Below, piece after piece: positions 13,674 through 27,715 of a stretch of 64,000 bases of DNA. Below the pieces are notes generated by a model. That model was not told the origin of the DNA. It searched no databases and worked only from the letters and a program-made list of their open reading frames with translations. The stretch is from Eledone cirrhosa (taxonomy: Eukaryota). The position numbers were made by a program, and so were the translations under genes. Each line of letters starts with the position of its first letter. The first letter of the stretch is position 1. The stretch is taken from the NCBI GenBank assembly GCA_964016885.1, contig OZ024747.1, forward strand, positions 73,470,001-73,534,000, written 5' to 3'.

Positions 13674-15382
13674 CAAAAACCTATAACGATTAATACAAAC
13701 TAAAAGTCTTGAAAGATGCTCCCCCTTGCAGTGCTGACAATAACACGTATTCACTTTCTGACTGCCAATAATAATAATGATAATAGTAGTTATTGTTTCT
13801 ACTTTTGGCACAAGGCCAGTAATGATAATAGTAATAATAATAACAAGCACTGAAAGATAAGTAACTATTGACTTAAATTAGACAAAAATCGACCGCAGTT
13901 TTTAAGATTCATTTATCATGTAACTCTAATTGAAATTTTTGTTTTTCTTCTGTTTTCATTAACCATAAACAAATTACTCAGTCTGTAACATTGGGAAAAT
14001 ATTGAGACTAAAATTAAATTTAAATATCTCATATTTATTTCTAAACATGACCTCCGTTAAAATGCTTCTAAATCTTGTGGAAATAATGAAATAAATGTTG
14101 AATAAAATCTATAACATTAATGGAGTATATTGAAAAATGGAAAATAACAAGATTACTGTAAGCTGTGGAATCAATGAGATAATGTAATTGAAGTGCGATT
14201 GTACAGTAGTAAATCTTCCCGTCAAGAAATACATTGTTTTGGTTTGATTATAGCTGTTCACAGTGAAAAGACATAAAATGTAAGAATATAAAAAAATTGA
14301 AAACAAAAACCCCTTTGTCTGCGGTGTCTTTTGACAATTCATTAAAGTGGACATTTTTCACCTAATTGAAAAAAATTGTGTCTACGTCTTAAGATAATCC
14401 TAGCCTATCTAATAAGTAAATTATTGAGAGACTGGTTTGGCTCTATTGTCTATAGAAAAGAACTATTTGAATATTCATCATAATAATTATACCAAACGCA
14501 ATTATAATTAGATACATCATTACACACAATACTTTATTTTCCGTTTGTGTTGCACTACATATAGATCCGTTCTTCAACAATTCCAGTACCATGTAGGTTT
14601 TTCTAAGAGACACCTGTCTCTTTCCAACGCTTTCCACGTCAATTTACACTTCTATCAACCGGATTAAAAATCTAAAAAGACGGCACTGTTGACACTCATC
14701 TTGCCTCCGAGCGATCCGGAGTTCGAGTACAGGTAAACGTTTTTGTTCACTGTTCTGTATTCCCAGGGGTTTTATACTCGAGATTTTCAACTATTATTTA
14801 TATGAATTGATCATTATTATAGCCATTTGCATAGGAAAGCGCCAGAACCCGGTGTTGCCCGGGTGCCGAATATGCAAAGGAAGTTTTTATTTACTCAAGT
14901 GATTTAAACCATTCAAGGTTGCTCTCATATATTTACACCCTATATCTCTGGTACATTCACACGCACACACACAAATACACACACACACACGCATATATAT
15001 ATATGCATATATATATACATATATATATATATATGTGTGTGTATGTATATATATACTTATATATATACACATACACACATACATACATATATTCGTATAT
15101 GAGTCATTTTGTTATTGTCTCTTGATAGTAAGAAAATAATAAACCACCATTGGTTTTTAATTAATCAATGAATAGGTTGTTTTTATTATACGATGAAAAT
15201 AAGTATGTTCTATTCAACTCTATTTCTTATATATACATTAAAACCAATACTTTCCGTTGTTTGTTTAAAAAAATATTATATAATATATATATATACACAT
15301 ATACATATTTACACCCCCCCACACGCACACACATATGTATGTATACATGTATGTATACATACATACATAAACGCATACACAC

Positions 15383-15460
<78 letters not shown>

Positions 15461-15504
15461 GTATGAAGGTGCATGGCTTAGTGGTTAGAGCGTCGTACAT
15501 ATGC

Positions 15505-16380
15505 CTGGTATGTTGCAGCATCAGTATTGGTGACGCGGTCGTTCCACCTGATATCCAGAATGCGTCTCAGGCTACGAAGGTGGAAGACATTGAGACGCCG
15601 ATCCTGTCTGGAGTAGAAGCTCTATGTCTCGCTCCTGTAAAGTAGTGTACTTAGGACATACAGCAATGTTTATGTTTCTGGTTAGTTTTCTCTTCCACCA
15701 GACTCTCTTCGTCAGCCTGGCTAATGTGGATGTTACACGCCCAACCCTCGTGCTTATCTCAGAGGTCAGGGGGAGGTTGTCAGTGACAGTAGAGCCGAGG
15801 TAGATGGATTCTTTGACCACCTCAAGCTCGTAGTTCGTGATGGTATGTGGGTGCTTGATACTTTGTCACAGCACCTTGGTGTTTTTCAGACGAAATGTCA
15901 GGGTGAATTGCTGGCAGGTCTTCGAGAGTTTGTTCATAAGGTGCTGCATTTGTTCCTTAGAGAGGTTACGTTTGCCCTTGCCATTTCTCCTGTAGTTGTT
16001 GAAAGGAAAAGATAATGTTGATAGTGAAGCGTTCTGACCTGAAACCATACTGAGTTTGGGGATATACCCTCTCAGCGATTGTCTGTAGTCTGTTCAGGAC
16101 CACGTAGGCAAAGACCTGCTTAGCAGAGAGATACCTCGGTAGTTATTGCAATCGCTTCTGTCCCCTTTGTTCTTATAAAGTATGACAATGTCTTGCGGGA
16201 CTGTTCCCTCCTCCTAGCACTGACACAGTACTTTCAACAAGTGTCTAATTAGCACTGACTTTCCACATCTCATGACCTCTGGGAGGATACCATCCGATTC
16301 TGGTACATTCCCAGCTGGTACTCCATCAATGGCTATGGAAAGATCCTCAGTAGTCAGCAGGACATCTAACTCCTCCATGA
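15505..16380 (-). mobile_element. RTE-clade (BovB-like) LINE reverse transcriptase fragment, internally deleted and frameshifted
   Basis: Minus-strand translation gives EEGTVPQDIVILYKNKGDRSDCNNYRGISLL and YLGSTVTDNLPLTSEISTRVGRVTSTLARLTKRVW, both typical RTE RT motifs. Confidence 0.88.
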
Positions 16381-16539
16381 GTTTCATCTTCAATTTGGAC
16401 CAATCATCTTTCTCTTGAGAAACATATATTACTGTCTAAAGCAGCCATAAAAGAGATTGAAAACCTTTACAATATAATTACAGAAAATGATAACCATCAA
16501 AGAGAAACCTAATCAAAACAAAACAAAACGTTATGTAAA

Positions 16540-17300
16540 TATATAAACACCATTGGGAATGAATTAACACATTTTAAGTAAAAGGATTCAAATTGAAACA
16601 AAAGTAGAAGTAAGTAATTAAGAAAAGATCTGTTCAAATGAAAAACGAATTCACAATTCAATTGAAATTAAATCATAAGAACCTTTGATTACTACGGGTG
16701 TCGTTTAAATTCTTTGAGAAATTAAGAATTAAATACGCATTTAAGTTCCTTTGATTTCCATTTTAAACGTGTCTGAAGCAATTATAAAAATAAATCTATG
16801 GTTTCAATTTCCAAACATGCCTGTAATTGCACATTCCGTAGTTCATTAGTATTAGGTGTGTGTACCTCCATGTTCGATGGTTTAGGTAGATGAAAGATAC
16901 ATTTTCTACTTGCATACTTCTTCAACATTCAATTTACTTTTTCTGATGAAGTGGAATCTACTTTCTAAGTAAATACAAATATGCTTCGAGCAAATTAAGT
17001 TAAATGGCTTGTAAATAATAAAACTACAATGAAACTATTGCAGAGAGATACGTTCACTGACAGAAATGTTAGAACCAACAGTTGAAGTAATGAAATATTT
17101 TACTATAATTGAGCAACTTAATATTCCTTCAGTTTATTAAATATATCAAGACCGTGATCAACATTGAAAGTTTTACACACCCCATGAGTTCGGAGAATGA
17201 ACTCAAGTTGATTGAATCATAAAATTATATATACAGCTCAAAGTACATGAGTGAACAATGGTGATGTGTATCCAAGAAGAAAAACAGGTCAAAGTCCTTG
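16540..17300 (+). mobile_element. Highly decayed Penelope-like element RT (possibly with GIY-YIG) remnant
   Basis: Colinear degenerate motifs: ILSK/GFK (~16570), LSSFD (16741), PVIA (~16820), RWFR*MKDTF resembling WFRYVDDTF (~16875), NIQFTFSDEVESTFL resembling IQFTxExE..FL (~16925), and KYMSEQ resembling YIGET (~17240). Confidence 0.5.
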
Positions 17301-17637
17301 ACGACCATCGACTAGCAGGTTTTACATCAAAGTTCTTCTTCTAGAGTGACGTCCTAAAAAGAATAGGGTATCTCACATTCACGCTGGCTTAAAGGCGCAC
17401 TCCAGGATCAAACTGTACTGTTCCTTGTCATCGTGGACATGCCTACATATGTACAGATATACAAACGGTGTGTGTAAGCCCAAATCATAGTAGATTCAAA
17501 TATCATAGAGAGAAAGAGAGAAGGTGGGAGAAATGAGGTGCAACAGAAATAAAACATGGATTACAGGTTAAAATATAGTCTAGATAGATGAGAAACAAAA
17601 TGAGGATGGAATTTATGGAACACCCGAATGATTTAGA

Positions 17638-18089
17638 AGTCGACCTTAAGTAGGTGCAATAACATTAGGAAAGATATGAATGACAGCACATCACTTTATT
17701 TTGAAAATTTTGAAAGTAGGTTTATAAGTATGAATTTTGATAAAACTTTCGTAGTTGCCTCTGTGGCCTAGTGGTAGGTACTAGAGACGGTGGAGATGCT
17801 GGCTTTGTGTTCAATCCTGGTCAAGAGGGCATTGTAATCTCTTTTAGATTTTATTTTACATACTATAGCAAAAAACTGAAAAGGTTTACCGGGAACCCTA
17901 CTTCCAGCCAGGATCGAACTTCAGACCAGGATCACCAAACGTCTATAATTCATCCAACTAGGCCGCCGAGGCAGCTACAAGCGTATAACGTAAATTAATA
18001 ATTATAAACCTACTTTCAAAATCAAAGTTTAAAGGATACGGTGACGTTCATGGCTTTCCTAGAGCTATTAGTCATATTTAGGGTCGACT
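17638..18089. mobile_element. ~450-bp palindromic MITE-like element with a tRNA-like segment in each arm
   Basis: The left arm AGTCGACCTTAAG...TAGGAAAG...TTTGAAAGTAGGTTTATAA...GCCTCTGTGGCCTAGTGG...GTTCAATCCTGG aligns with the reverse complement of the right arm, AGTCGACCCTAAA...TAGGAAAG...TTTGAAAGTAGGTTTATAA...GCCTCGGCGGCCTAGTTGG...GTTCGATCCTGG. Confidence 0.7.
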
Positions 18090-18751
18090 GGCTCTTTGGT
18101 ACAACATTATTATTCCTATGTGTGTTTAACTGTTGAATTAATTTAATTTGATTAATTTAACAAATATATATATACAGTATCGGAGGAGCCAGGTTGCCCA
18201 ATGACAAGTGGTTGTACATTCTACTAAATCTAAAGCAAATATAGTGAGTGAGTGTGAAAGAAGCTCATTATAAGTCTCTGGATTTCGCAAAATACATCAT
18301 ATTTTATATTGGAGAAGGTAAAATATTTTTCCCCAAAAATTTGATTGCACTATTTTGTTTCCAATTATATTTATTCATTATAAAAATTAAATGATAGCAT
18401 TCTATATGTAGGTGGGCCCCCTTCATCTCCTGGCAACCGATATTTTTAGGGTCAGTCGGCCACTGTACACACCTACTAACATACATACACAGATATATAC
18501 ATACATCTATCAATCTGTTCATTCATCAATCCATAAATATCTATACATAAATATAGATAAACATATACGTATAAATATACATAGACGTTAGTGTGTGTGT
18601 GCGCGCAGTTATATGTCAGAGTGTGTAGATATTTGTGACTGAGTGAGACACAAGGGATAAAGGAGGCATAGATATAAAGAATCATCATTGAAACAATTCT
18701 CCAAAATTAGCAGCCTAGAAATTAACTCCCCTCCTCTTGGAGTTCCTCCCT

Positions 18752-18790
18752 GCTTTCCTGATGAAGGGCACATGTCCGAAACGTCGAGGC
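18752..18790 (+). ncRNA. Minimal hammerhead ribozyme, Penelope-type
   Basis: CTTTC-CTGATGA-AGGGCA ca TGTCC-GAAA-CG-TC-GAGG. Core is intact and the cleavage site is GUC. This is the common PLE CTGATGAAGG...CCGAAACGTC form. Confidence 0.7.
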
Positions 18791-19217
18791 CTCATGCACT
18801 CTCCCCAAGCGAGAAGCTAATAACACTATATACCATTGACTCCTGCGTTTGTTTGTTTGTTTGTTTGTCCTTTTAAAAATTAACAACTTCGTCAAGAATT
18901 AAGCAAAAATAATAAAGAGTTAAATTTGAAATATATTATTGCTTCTGAAGTAAATATTTCTAAAGGATATTCTCATTTTATTTCTGAGACAAGTGAGCTT
19001 TAATCTGAACTAAGTCTAAACTTAATGACGGAAAACTGGTAAATACTTTTTCCATATAAAATGTTAGTAGGGAAGAACAAAATTCATATTTCATTTAACA
19101 CACAACTAGACATATGTGCTCCACACATGTTATTATACATATTTCCATGTGCATATATACAGATACATACACACACACACACATACACTCTCACACCAAC
19201 ACACACACACACACACA

Positions 19218-19316
<99 letters not shown>

Positions 19317-19848
19317 GAATATATGGATGCAAATATTTTTATAAATGTATATGTATATATACATAGATGTGATTCATCTTTTAAAGTATATTTGTATAAG
19401 TCATTGAAAACATAACTCTTTTCTATTGATGTTATCGCCAACGTTTTAACAACTGCGATGTTAAACAAGATGAAGGAATTTCTTTCTCGATTCAAACGCA
19501 ACAATTTCAATGTATCTTTAATGAGGTGAAAATAAATGTAAAAAATAGATTTCCAGTCAAGTGTGATTTCCTAGGAAGTTAGTATAGACAATCGTGAATT
19601 TCAAAAAAATGTGGTTTAGAATGATACGCTTCTTACAGGGAAATTCGTTTGAGCGAAAATGGCTTCTATCAGTTTGATGTTAAAAAGTAGGCTGTGGGGT
19701 AATTAACAGAGGAAAGGCGAGGTGAATACGGAACTATCTCTTACGTTCCCAAATCGAAGTCTGCTGCAGTTCAGCGATAATCCAAGCTTCCTCAACGGTT
19801 CTAAGAATAGATTTATTTATTTATCTGTTTATTTTATACCGAAACACC

Positions 19849-19943
19849 TTCTACAAGACTAAAACTGTTCCGTTCATATGAAATCATCAGTAATAGTATT
19901 CCCGATGATTTTATACGAATGAAACAGTTCTAGTCATGTAGAA
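19849..19943. repeat. Fold-back repeat with a degenerate hammerhead-like motif in each arm
   Basis: Plus arm: CCGATGA-TTTTATACGAAT-GAAA-CAGTTCTAGT. Minus arm: CTGATGA-TTTCATATGAAC-GGAA-CAG. A homologous copy with an intact core lies at ~54610. Confidence 0.6.
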
Positions 19944-20043
19944 TACATTTATATATAAAATGAAGTTTCCTTTAACAACGTATTGAGTATATTTTATACC
20001 TGTCGCCATTTCTCAATCCCCATCGGAGATCCACCCATAATTC

Positions 20044-20114
<71 letters not shown>

Positions 20115-20264
20115 AGAGAGAGAGAGAGAGAAAGGGAGAGACATATGGATAGATAGATAGATAGATACAGAGAGAGAGAGAAAGAGCGACTTAATAGACT
20201 TAATAGTTAGATAGATGAATAGTTAGATTGACATTCACCCGCACATTTAAGCACACACACACAT

Positions 20265-20310
<46 letters not shown>

Positions 20311-20406
20311 TCATACATATCTATCTATCTCCCTCTCTCTCTATATATATACATATGTATATATGTATATATATATATACACATATGTATATATATATAT
20401 ATAAAA

Positions 20407-20499
<93 letters not shown>

Positions 20500-20879
20500 G
20501 AGTGATAGAGAGAGAGAGAGAGAGGGGCGGGGAGAGATACATTTACATAAAAACAGGAAAAGTAACGTAGAGTTCTGTGATTGTTCAAATCAATCTACTA
20601 TTTTGCTAAATGACTTTCCCTGCAGTTTTTATTATTGATTGTATTGGTGTAGTACTCTCGGAAAGGGGAAAAAAACATATCATGCTTGCCACTGAATCCC
20701 AGTGATGCGTAACTGATTATCATAGCAAGGCGATAGTGGGGATTCTAGTAGTAGTACAAGTTATGGGTGGGGGACGAGGTTCCGTTTATTAAGATCGAAC
20801 TCAATTGTCAACAGTCAGCTGAGCAGTAGAAAAAAAAATCTTCGAACAAAGAGTTCTATTCACTGACGTATATAATGTA

Positions 20880-21135
20880 ATGGTAGTGGTGGTGGTGGTG
20901 ATGGTGGTAGTGGTGGTGATGTGGTGGTGGTGGAAGTGACGGTGGTGGTGGTGGTGGTAATGATGGTGGTAGTGGTGGTGGTGGTAGTGGATATGGTGGT
21001 GGTGGTGGTGGTAGTGGTGGTGGTTTTGGTGGTGGTGGTAGTAGTTGTAGTAGTGGATGTGGTGGTGGTGGTGGTAATGGGTAGTGGTGGTGGTGGTAGT
21101 GGTGGTGGTGGTAGTAGTGGAGGTAGTGGTGGTAG
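20880..21135. repeat. (GGT/AGT)n imperfect trinucleotide microsatellite
   Basis: Direct inspection. Confidence 0.9.
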
Positions 21136-22086
21136 TATTTCTATTTTGTTGCTAGATGCGGTGGTGATGTTATGATTACTACTGGGGGGGGAGGGTGATA
21201 ACAGTTGTGATAGAGGTGTGAAAGTGTTGTGAAGTTGGTGAAGATGGTAGTATCAACAGTTGTGGTGGTGGTGGTGGTGGGAGTAACAATGGTGTTAGTG
21301 GGGCGGGTTTATGTGGAGTCGGTCGTAGTATATAGTGTTGTTGGTTGAGGTGGTGATGTTATCATGGCTGCTACTAGGTGGTGATAATAATTGTGATGAG
21401 GATGTTGTGGTGTTGGTGAAGGTGTTTGTGTAACTAGTTGTGGGGTGGTTGATATGGTAGGGGGTCTTAGTAACAGTTGTGTTGTTGGTGGTGTTGGTGG
21501 GGTGAATGTGTTATTGGAGGTGAGATTTATAGTATTGTTGGATACGGAGATGAAATTATCATAGGCAAAAACAGGAACAGAGAGAGGGGGAGGGAGGAAA
21601 CAGGGACTTTGTTCGAAGAGGGGTCTCTGTTATGCAAGGGAATCCCAGGGCATTCGTCACTCTCCCTACCCACGATAAATCCGACCCTTAGTGTATGTGA
21701 ATGAGAACGAGAGATGAAAGAAAGATAAAGTAGAGTGAAGAAATAAGCAAATATATAGACTGAGACATTCAGTTCATAAACATTAAACTACAGCCTAGCA
21801 TAATATGATAATATGTAACAGGCTTTCATTAAGGGTTATCAGTGCGTATGCAATCACGACCTTCCCTTCCTCTATCCAGCGATATATCCAGGCTGTAACA
21901 ACTGGTAGGAGAGTTGTCTCCATCATCACCAACACTGAAGTGAAAGTTAGAGTAGATGTAGGTGGAATTTGAACACAGAATACAGAGACCTGGAACACTT
22001 ATTGATCGCCTTACATACTCTGGTAAATTTAATGCCTTACTGATACATTTAAAGGAGCAAAAGAGAAAGACCAGGGAGGTATACAA

Positions 22087-22117
<31 letters not shown>

Positions 22118-22488
22118 CAGAGAGAGTGGGCCAGAGGGGCGTAAATACGGTGTGTATGTGAAGAAGTGGTGTTTGTAGAATCATCTATCAGACAGATGTA
22201 ATGAAGCTTAGGCTGAAGATAAAAGCAGTTCCCAGACAGTAACATAAAGAGCGATAATTATAAATGGCGTAGCGATGATAATGGCGATGGTAGTGAATCG
22301 GTAGCGATGATAATGGCGATGGTAGTGAAATCGGTATTGCATTTGGGAGTGATTTTCTTAATATGTTTTATTAATAAAAAAAAAAACAAAATTCATAAAC
22401 AAATCTATTTTAAACAACAACAACACTAGTGAAAGCGATATTAGTAGTGTTGGGAATTATTGTAGTTTTTGTAGTGTCAATAGTGGCT

Positions 22489-22650
22489 TTAAGGCAGCGG
22501 ATTGGCAGAGTCGTTAGAACATCAGGTAGAATGCCTTGCGGTATTTATTTCTGCTCCCGAATCACCAAGTTCAAATCCCACCGATGTCAACTTTACTTTT
22601 TATCCATTCCAAGTTGACAAAAAGGTACCAGTCGAATACTGGGATCGATT
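22489..22650 (+). mobile_element. Old tRNA-SINE copy
   Basis: aggcagcggattggcagagtcgttag...aagttcaaatccc...gtcaacttt...aaggtaccagt, the reverse orientation of the family at 23314. Confidence 0.6.
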
Positions 22651-22924
22651 CTCCCTCTATAATCTTTTCTCACTTCCATTCTCTCACTTTGTATTCTTCT
22701 CTGGAAGAAATCTGATGTATTCAAACCTGGAGACGGTTTGTGCTCTGCTGGGTTTAACAATACCCTAGAAGTTCTGTATGTCAGCACGCCGCCCTTACGA
22801 CTCCTTCAGGCATGATAGGATCATATCATCATATCAAGTGTAGTTATAGGTGTAACGGTGCTGTGTGTTTTTTTTCAATAGCTTCTGATTTAGATATAAG
22901 TCTAATAATTTAGTGAGAGAGGAA

Positions 22925-23088
22925 AGTCGATTAAATCGACTCCAGTGCGTTACTGGTATTTTATTTTATTGAACCCGTGAGGATGAAATGTAAAGTTAAC
23001 CTCGGCGGGATTTGAACTCCGAAAGTAAACAAACTCTATGCCACAAAACATGTTTCCAACGCTCTAACGATATTGCTAATCTACCACA
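22925..23088 (-). mobile_element. tRNA-SINE copy
   Basis: actggtattttattttattgaacccgtgaggatgaaatgtaaagttaacctcggcgggatttgaactc matches the family. Confidence 0.7.
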
Positions 23089-23313
23089 CGTTTTCTTTAT
23101 GGGACCCCAGACCAGGATTTCCACCGTCTCTAATACTTACCAACATGGTGGAAGTATCCAGGCCATAGTTAGTTGATCGTTATAGTGTTTATATTGATGT
23201 TGTAAAAAATTGTTATTAAACTGTGTAATGTATGAAAATTGTTCTAGTTATCTTGTTTGTGTAAAAGCAGTATAGTAATGGCAATAACGTTATGATTCAA
23301 TGATTTAAATAAT

Positions 23314-23495
23314 TGTTTCTACATTTGGCACAAGGCCAGCAATTACCCAGTGCATTACTGGTACTTTTTTATTGACCCCGTAAGGATGAAAGGCAAAGTT
23401 AACCTTGGCGGGATTTGAACTCAGAATGGAAAGGGCTGTAACTCTATGCTGCAAAGCATGGCATCCGACCCTCTACCGATACTGCCAATCCACCG
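23314..23495 (-). mobile_element. Young full-length tRNA-derived SINE with a 17-bp TSD
   Basis: Minus-strand box A (TGGCAGTATCGGTAG) and box B (GAGTTCAAATCC). TSD tcaatgatttaaataat at 23297-23313 and 23496-23512. Confidence 0.9.
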
Positions 23496-24424
23496 TCAAT
23501 GATTTAAATAATGCGCTGGTAGTGATGATGCTGCTGTTTGTAGTTAGAGTTCCAATGGTGCTGTTACAGTTGGTAAAGATCCTACTTCGATGATGAGTTC
23601 TACTCATATCTACATGCATCAGGAGTTCACTGTTGTACATGCGTCATTGATTTAACATACTACTTCTTTTACCGAATTAATCTAGCACTCCATTTAACAC
23701 CGCCACCACGCCTATTAGTTCATCATCACCATCATCATTAAAACCACAGTCTAACATTCGTGACAAAGTTTTGCCATATATTCACGATTTTCCATTGCTT
23801 CTGGTAACTGTTCCCTACTAAATTTTGTATCGTCTGAGAGTTGATGAGTGAAGGTTTGAGCATGTCTTCCTCCACTGCGTCTCCTGTAAGTTGGTTCCCA
23901 CAATAGTAACTTGTGTATTACTTCCTCATTACTTCTAATTGTAACCGTCTTTCAGCAAATGTAGTTGTTATTTTGGGCAAGTTTCCATATAAACTTTCAT
24001 TTGTAATAGGTTGACGCCAGCTTATATTTTGTACAACCCTAAGCATTTTGTTACAAGTATAAAGTTAACAAAATTAAAAACATTGGAATACATTCGTCTG
24101 TGGTGACAACGTAGAAGAGCCAAACTATTCGGGTAGAAATCTTTGATATTTCATCTCCTCTCGCAGCCAACCAGGTTATTTCTTCTTTCAACTGATTCTT
24201 CTCACTAATTGCTGGCACAGTCTATAACTACAGTTGTTGGTTCCGACTGTTGTATATTGTAGAGAGCTGTATAGAGAAAGACAAGGACATGAAATACATA
24301 AAACATGAAGAAACAGATGATAAAGAGAGGGTGAGGAAGAAGAAAAGAGAGTTGTGATGAAGTGAGCGGGGTATGGAGAGAGAGGTGATTGGGGTGGATT
24401 TATAAAGGTGAGAAAGATAGAAAA

Positions 24425-24490
24425 CTATATATATATATATATACATGTATATATATATACATATACATATATATCCATATCCATATACTC

Positions 24491-24571
<81 letters not shown>

Positions 24572-24614
24572 CATTTATATATACATATACATATATATCC
24601 ATATCCATATACTC

Positions 24615-24648
<34 letters not shown>

Positions 24649-24713
24649 TTTCATTTATATATACATATACATATATATCCATATCCATATACTCGTATAT
24701 ATGTGTATATATA

Positions 24714-24790
<77 letters not shown>
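24425..24790. repeat. Compound minisatellite with three units
   Basis: atatacatatacatatatatccatatccatatactcgt occurs three times, separated by (TG)/(TA) runs. Confidence 0.8.
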
Positions 24791-24793
<3 letters not shown>

Positions 24794-25255
24794 CATGTAT
24801 GTACACAATGAAATTCCTTGAAAGGGCATGATACACACGCGCACACACCTACGCAAACGTATAAACACAAACATACACACATACACATAACACACATATA
24901 CCGTGTCTCTGTCTGCACACGTGTGTGTTTGTGTTTGTGTTAGTGTTTGATTGTGTGTGTGTGTGTGAGGTCGTTTTAGTTTGTGAATTGATGATGACAA
25001 AGATGAAGAGAAGGATGGGGTGGGGTCCATGAAATAATATAAATGGGTCACGTGAGATGGAAACAAGTGCAGTAAGGGTGACAGGAATTATGTTGAAGGT
25101 CGGGGATGCGGTAGGGATGTCACGAGGAAATGGAGTTAAATAAGGATGGTGGTGGTGGTGGTGGAGGTGTTTTATTATTGATAGTATCGCAATTGGGAGT
25201 TATGAATAGCGAGAGAGAAGAGAGAGAGAGAGAGATTCGCACATATAGACAGAGC

Positions 25256-25330
<75 letters not shown>

Positions 25331-25731
25331 CGAGTGAGAGAGTTGAGAGAGAGAGGGAGGAAGAAAGAGAGAGTGAGATAGAGAGATTGGCACATATAAA
25401 CAGAGCAAGAAAGATATAGAGAGTGAGAGAGATGAGAGAGAGGGATACAGAGGGAGAGAGAGAGAGAGACAAAAGAAAAAAACACACATACCAACAGACA
25501 GAGAAAATGAAACAGAGAGAAAGATACAGAAGAAGAGAGATAGAGATGGAGAAATGGAGAGAGGGTGGAGGTGAGAGTATTGGTGGAAGAAAGAAAGAAG
25601 AAGGTGTAATTAAAAGAAAGGGGAAAGAAGAAAATAAATAAATAAAATAAGGAAAGATGTATCAATATTGCGAAAGAAAGGGTAGCGAAATGTGACCGAA
25701 ATAAGAAAGACTGAGAAACGGCAGGAGAGAA

Positions 25732-25764
<33 letters not shown>

Positions 25765-26241
25765 AGTGGAAGCTTAGTAAAATCGAAGCTTTGGCTGCGG
25801 CCAAGCAAAGTCGACCTACAATAAGGAATGAGTTAGCAAAGCACTCAATAAGGGTATGTCCTTAGAGTAATAACATACGTTTAAATAGCTTGACAAATTG
25901 AACATTGCGGTAGGCAAAACCCAACCACACAATACCAGAGTAACGAAAGAACTAACAGGTTAAATACACCTGGACAAATCAAACGATATACGTCTAAAGT
26001 GTTTCTATGAATCTGAAATCATTTATCCAACTTACGTAACACGCACGCTCGTTGTATTCCATGATCAAACAGACGATTCATATATATATATATTTGAAAA
26101 AAAAGGAAAAGAATGACTTCACTTGTAGTGTTAAAAAATTTATGATTTAATGTTACAATATAATATAATATTATGACTTGGTAGATCCAGTAAGTTCTTT
26201 GTTAACTTCGGTGGGAAGAATTTTAGAGATCTCTAAAATCA

Positions 26242-26834
26242 TCGTCCCCAGTAAATCTCACACTCCCTCGTTCCCTCCTACCTTTCCCTTTTTCTGTCTT
26301 TCTTATCTGCCCCTCTCGCTCTCTCATTATCTCTCTCTCACTCACTCTCTCTCTCGCATTCTCTCTCTCTCTATCTTTTGTCATGCCCCTCCCACACTCT
26401 CTTTCTCTTTTACAATCTTACACTCTCACTTACAAGTGTACAATATACACTGTTTATTGACATACTCACACACACACACACACAATAAACACACACACAC
26501 ACACAATCAACAGATACACAAACACTCACAACCACACACACACACAATCAACACATACACAAATACTCACAACCACACACTCTCACATACACGTGTACAC
26601 AAGCATTTTCCATACACTATTTGCTATTTCTCATTCTTTTCGTTTCTCACATATACACAAACACACACACATTCTACTCGTTCCTTTTCTATCTCTTTGC
26701 ATTTCCTTTACACTTTCTATTCTGCCTCATTGCTCCCAACATGTTGATCCTTCTCTCACCCCACTTCTCTATCTCTCTCTGTTGATCAATATATATCTAT
26801 CTTTATATTTTTAATACATATATCTATCTTTATA

Positions 26835-26927
<93 letters not shown>

Positions 26928-26989
26928 ATACTTGGGGAGGGTCATATTTGTGTAATATTGCCAGAATTAATAACAGAACACACTCACCG

Positions 26990-27048
<59 letters not shown>

Positions 27049-27152
27049 TAATGAGAGAGAGAGTGAGTGAGTGAGAGAGAGAGGCAGATAAGAAAGACAG
27101 AAACAGGGAAAGGTAGGAGGGAACGAGGGAGTGTGAGATTTACTGGGGACGA
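26242..27152. mobile_element. Fold-back or MITE-like element with ~100-bp terminal inverted repeats
   Basis: tcgtccccagtaaatctcacactccctcgttccctcctacctttccct...ctgtctttcttatctgcc is matched in reverse at 27083-27152. The interior is microsatellite-rich. Confidence 0.65.
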
Positions 27153-27449
27153 CGACTCAGGAAAATCAATATTTAGAGGGAAGGATGAGTGGGGGTTTAT
27201 AAAAATTAAAATCGCATCATGAGGATAGAGGAGTAGAAAAGTAAAAAGCAGAGGAGGGGGTGATAGAAAGAGTAAAGGGCAGCAGCGGGGAGTAATGAGG
27301 TAATGAGACGAGGTAAATGGTTGAGGAGGAATTTTTAGTTCAACAAAATGTAATGATAGTTGCGGATGTTACCAGAGAACAATATTTGTAAATGATTCTA
27401 AAGTGCAGAATGGTAGCAATAATTAGATTTAAATAAATACATAAATAAT

Positions 27450-27632
27450 TGTTTCTACTTTTGGCACAGGCCAGCAATTACCTCAGTGCATTACTGGTAC
27501 TTTATTTTATCGAGCCCGTAAGGATGAAAGGCAAAGTTAACCACAGCGGGATTTGACCTCAGAGCATAAAGAGCCGTAACTCCTTGATGCAAGGCATGGC
27601 GTCCGACCCTCTACCAATACTGCCAAACCACC
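27450..27632 (-). mobile_element. tRNA-SINE copy
   Basis: Nearly full-length match to the 23314 copy. Confidence 0.88.
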
Positions 27633-27684
27633 AATGTATGTATGTTTGAAGGTATGAATGAATGAATATATGTATGTGTGCATG

Positions 27685-27715
<31 letters not shown>

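Noticed and set aside
17757-17831. Functional tRNA gene
   Set aside because: Boxes A and B are present, but the anticodon arm does not form. Treated as the tRNA-like part of the palindrome.
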